A program made the translations under genes and the position numbers. DNA of 63,343 nucleotides, the filler included, from Blastocystis sp. subtype 4 (taxonomy: Eukaryota): assembly GCF_000743755.1 (NCBI RefSeq). It is 45 parts of 45 records of this genome, joined end to end, with 100 filler letters (N's around TTAATTAATTAA, not from the genome) between each part and the next. Parts side by side here need not be neighbours in the genome. Positions count along the whole stretch, not along the records: positions 62,116 to 63,343 come from NW_014568653.1; 44 more parts are not named here. The stretch is one strand, 5' to 3'. The first letter of the stretch is position 1, and each line of letters begins with the position of its first letter. The notes beneath the pieces were generated by a model, which was given only the letters and a program-made list of their open reading frames with translations, made no database searches and was not told where the DNA came from. Positions 62,557 to 63,343 of the stretch are shown in pieces.

Positions 62557-63343
62557 GATAATAAAAATAGATGAGACTATGGTAATGGATACTGCAGAAT
62601 TAATATCAGATAAGATGAATGGAGTAGAATGGAGAATGAAGTGGAAAGAGTACTTGAAAGAGAGTGTATTGAATGATAATAAGAATTGTATGTTGAGTTT
62701 GAATGTTGATAAAGGAGAAATGAGAGGAGTATGTAAGAGAGGAGAAGAAGTGATAGAAGTGAAAGAGAATGAGAATGAAGTGGAATTGAAGATCGAATCT
62801 GTGTTGAATGAGTTGAAGAAGGGGGATCCAATCTCATTCCCTCCTTCTACCACTCTCATTCTCATTCAAACATCTGAGATCACTCGAGGTGAATCAGATG
62901 AATGTGGAGATGAGTTCATGAAGATTATGTTCACAGGAGTATCAGGTGAAGAGGAATGTGAGGTGAGAGTGAGTGATGCTTCAAACAAGACAAATGGTTT
63001 GATTCTAATCAATTCACTCAGTTCATCTTCAATCTACTGTCTCAATCCTGGTTACTATTACATTGGTTGTAAAGGAGCTGGTATTATCAATATCCGATAT
63101 CTTGATGTCACTCCTGATAATGAGTACAATGTGAATCATGATCTTACTGAGTATCCTCACTGGAAGGTATTGCTATTGGAAAAGACTGAGGTAACATACA
63201 CTACTGTTCCTCAGTCTCACAAGAAGCCTGGTTTTGATAAGAACAAACCTCTTACTGGAAAGCCTGCTTATCCTTCAGATCCCACTTATGAACACTCTGA
63301 TTTCACTTGTGATCAGAATGGTTATCTGAGTTATCTGAGCAAG
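62557..63343 (+). CDS. Hypothetical protein, long exon open to the window end (absent from the ORF track)
   Basis: Stop-free frame MVMDTAELISDK...CDQNGYLSYLSK after a putative intron at 62525-62556. Confidence 0.5.

Overview
This window is not a continuous locus. It is 45 short contigs (about 1.2-1.4 kb) joined by an artificial 100-nt spacer (N44-TTAATTAATTAA-N44), so adjacency across spacers means nothing. The DNA is eukaryotic and AT-rich, with 29-37 nt GT-AG introns, very short intergenic regions and a TGTTTGTT element just past gene ends. That combination points to Blastocystis (inferred). Content: (1) housekeeping fragments (MYBBP1A/Pol5, phosphomevalonate kinase, a CCT-domain protein, RPLP1, an ABCC transporter, prohibitin, RPS6, PAN3, MFS transporter, SRP receptor beta, 5S rRNA); (2) about 16 fragments of a large Ig-like (He_PIG) membrane-anchored surface protein family with hypervariable loops and mosaic paralogues; (3) two LRR families that appear to be diversifying, with tiny phase-1 introns at repeat boundaries; (4) two glycosyltransferase-like families; (5) four contigs with intronless genes resembling a Polinton/Maverick-like virus (protein-primed PolB, major capsid, penton-like proteins), two of them joined to host-type sequence, suggesting an endogenous virus. 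Several genes appear to need polyadenylation to complete their stop codon. All family calls come from motif recognition by eye; no database search was run.
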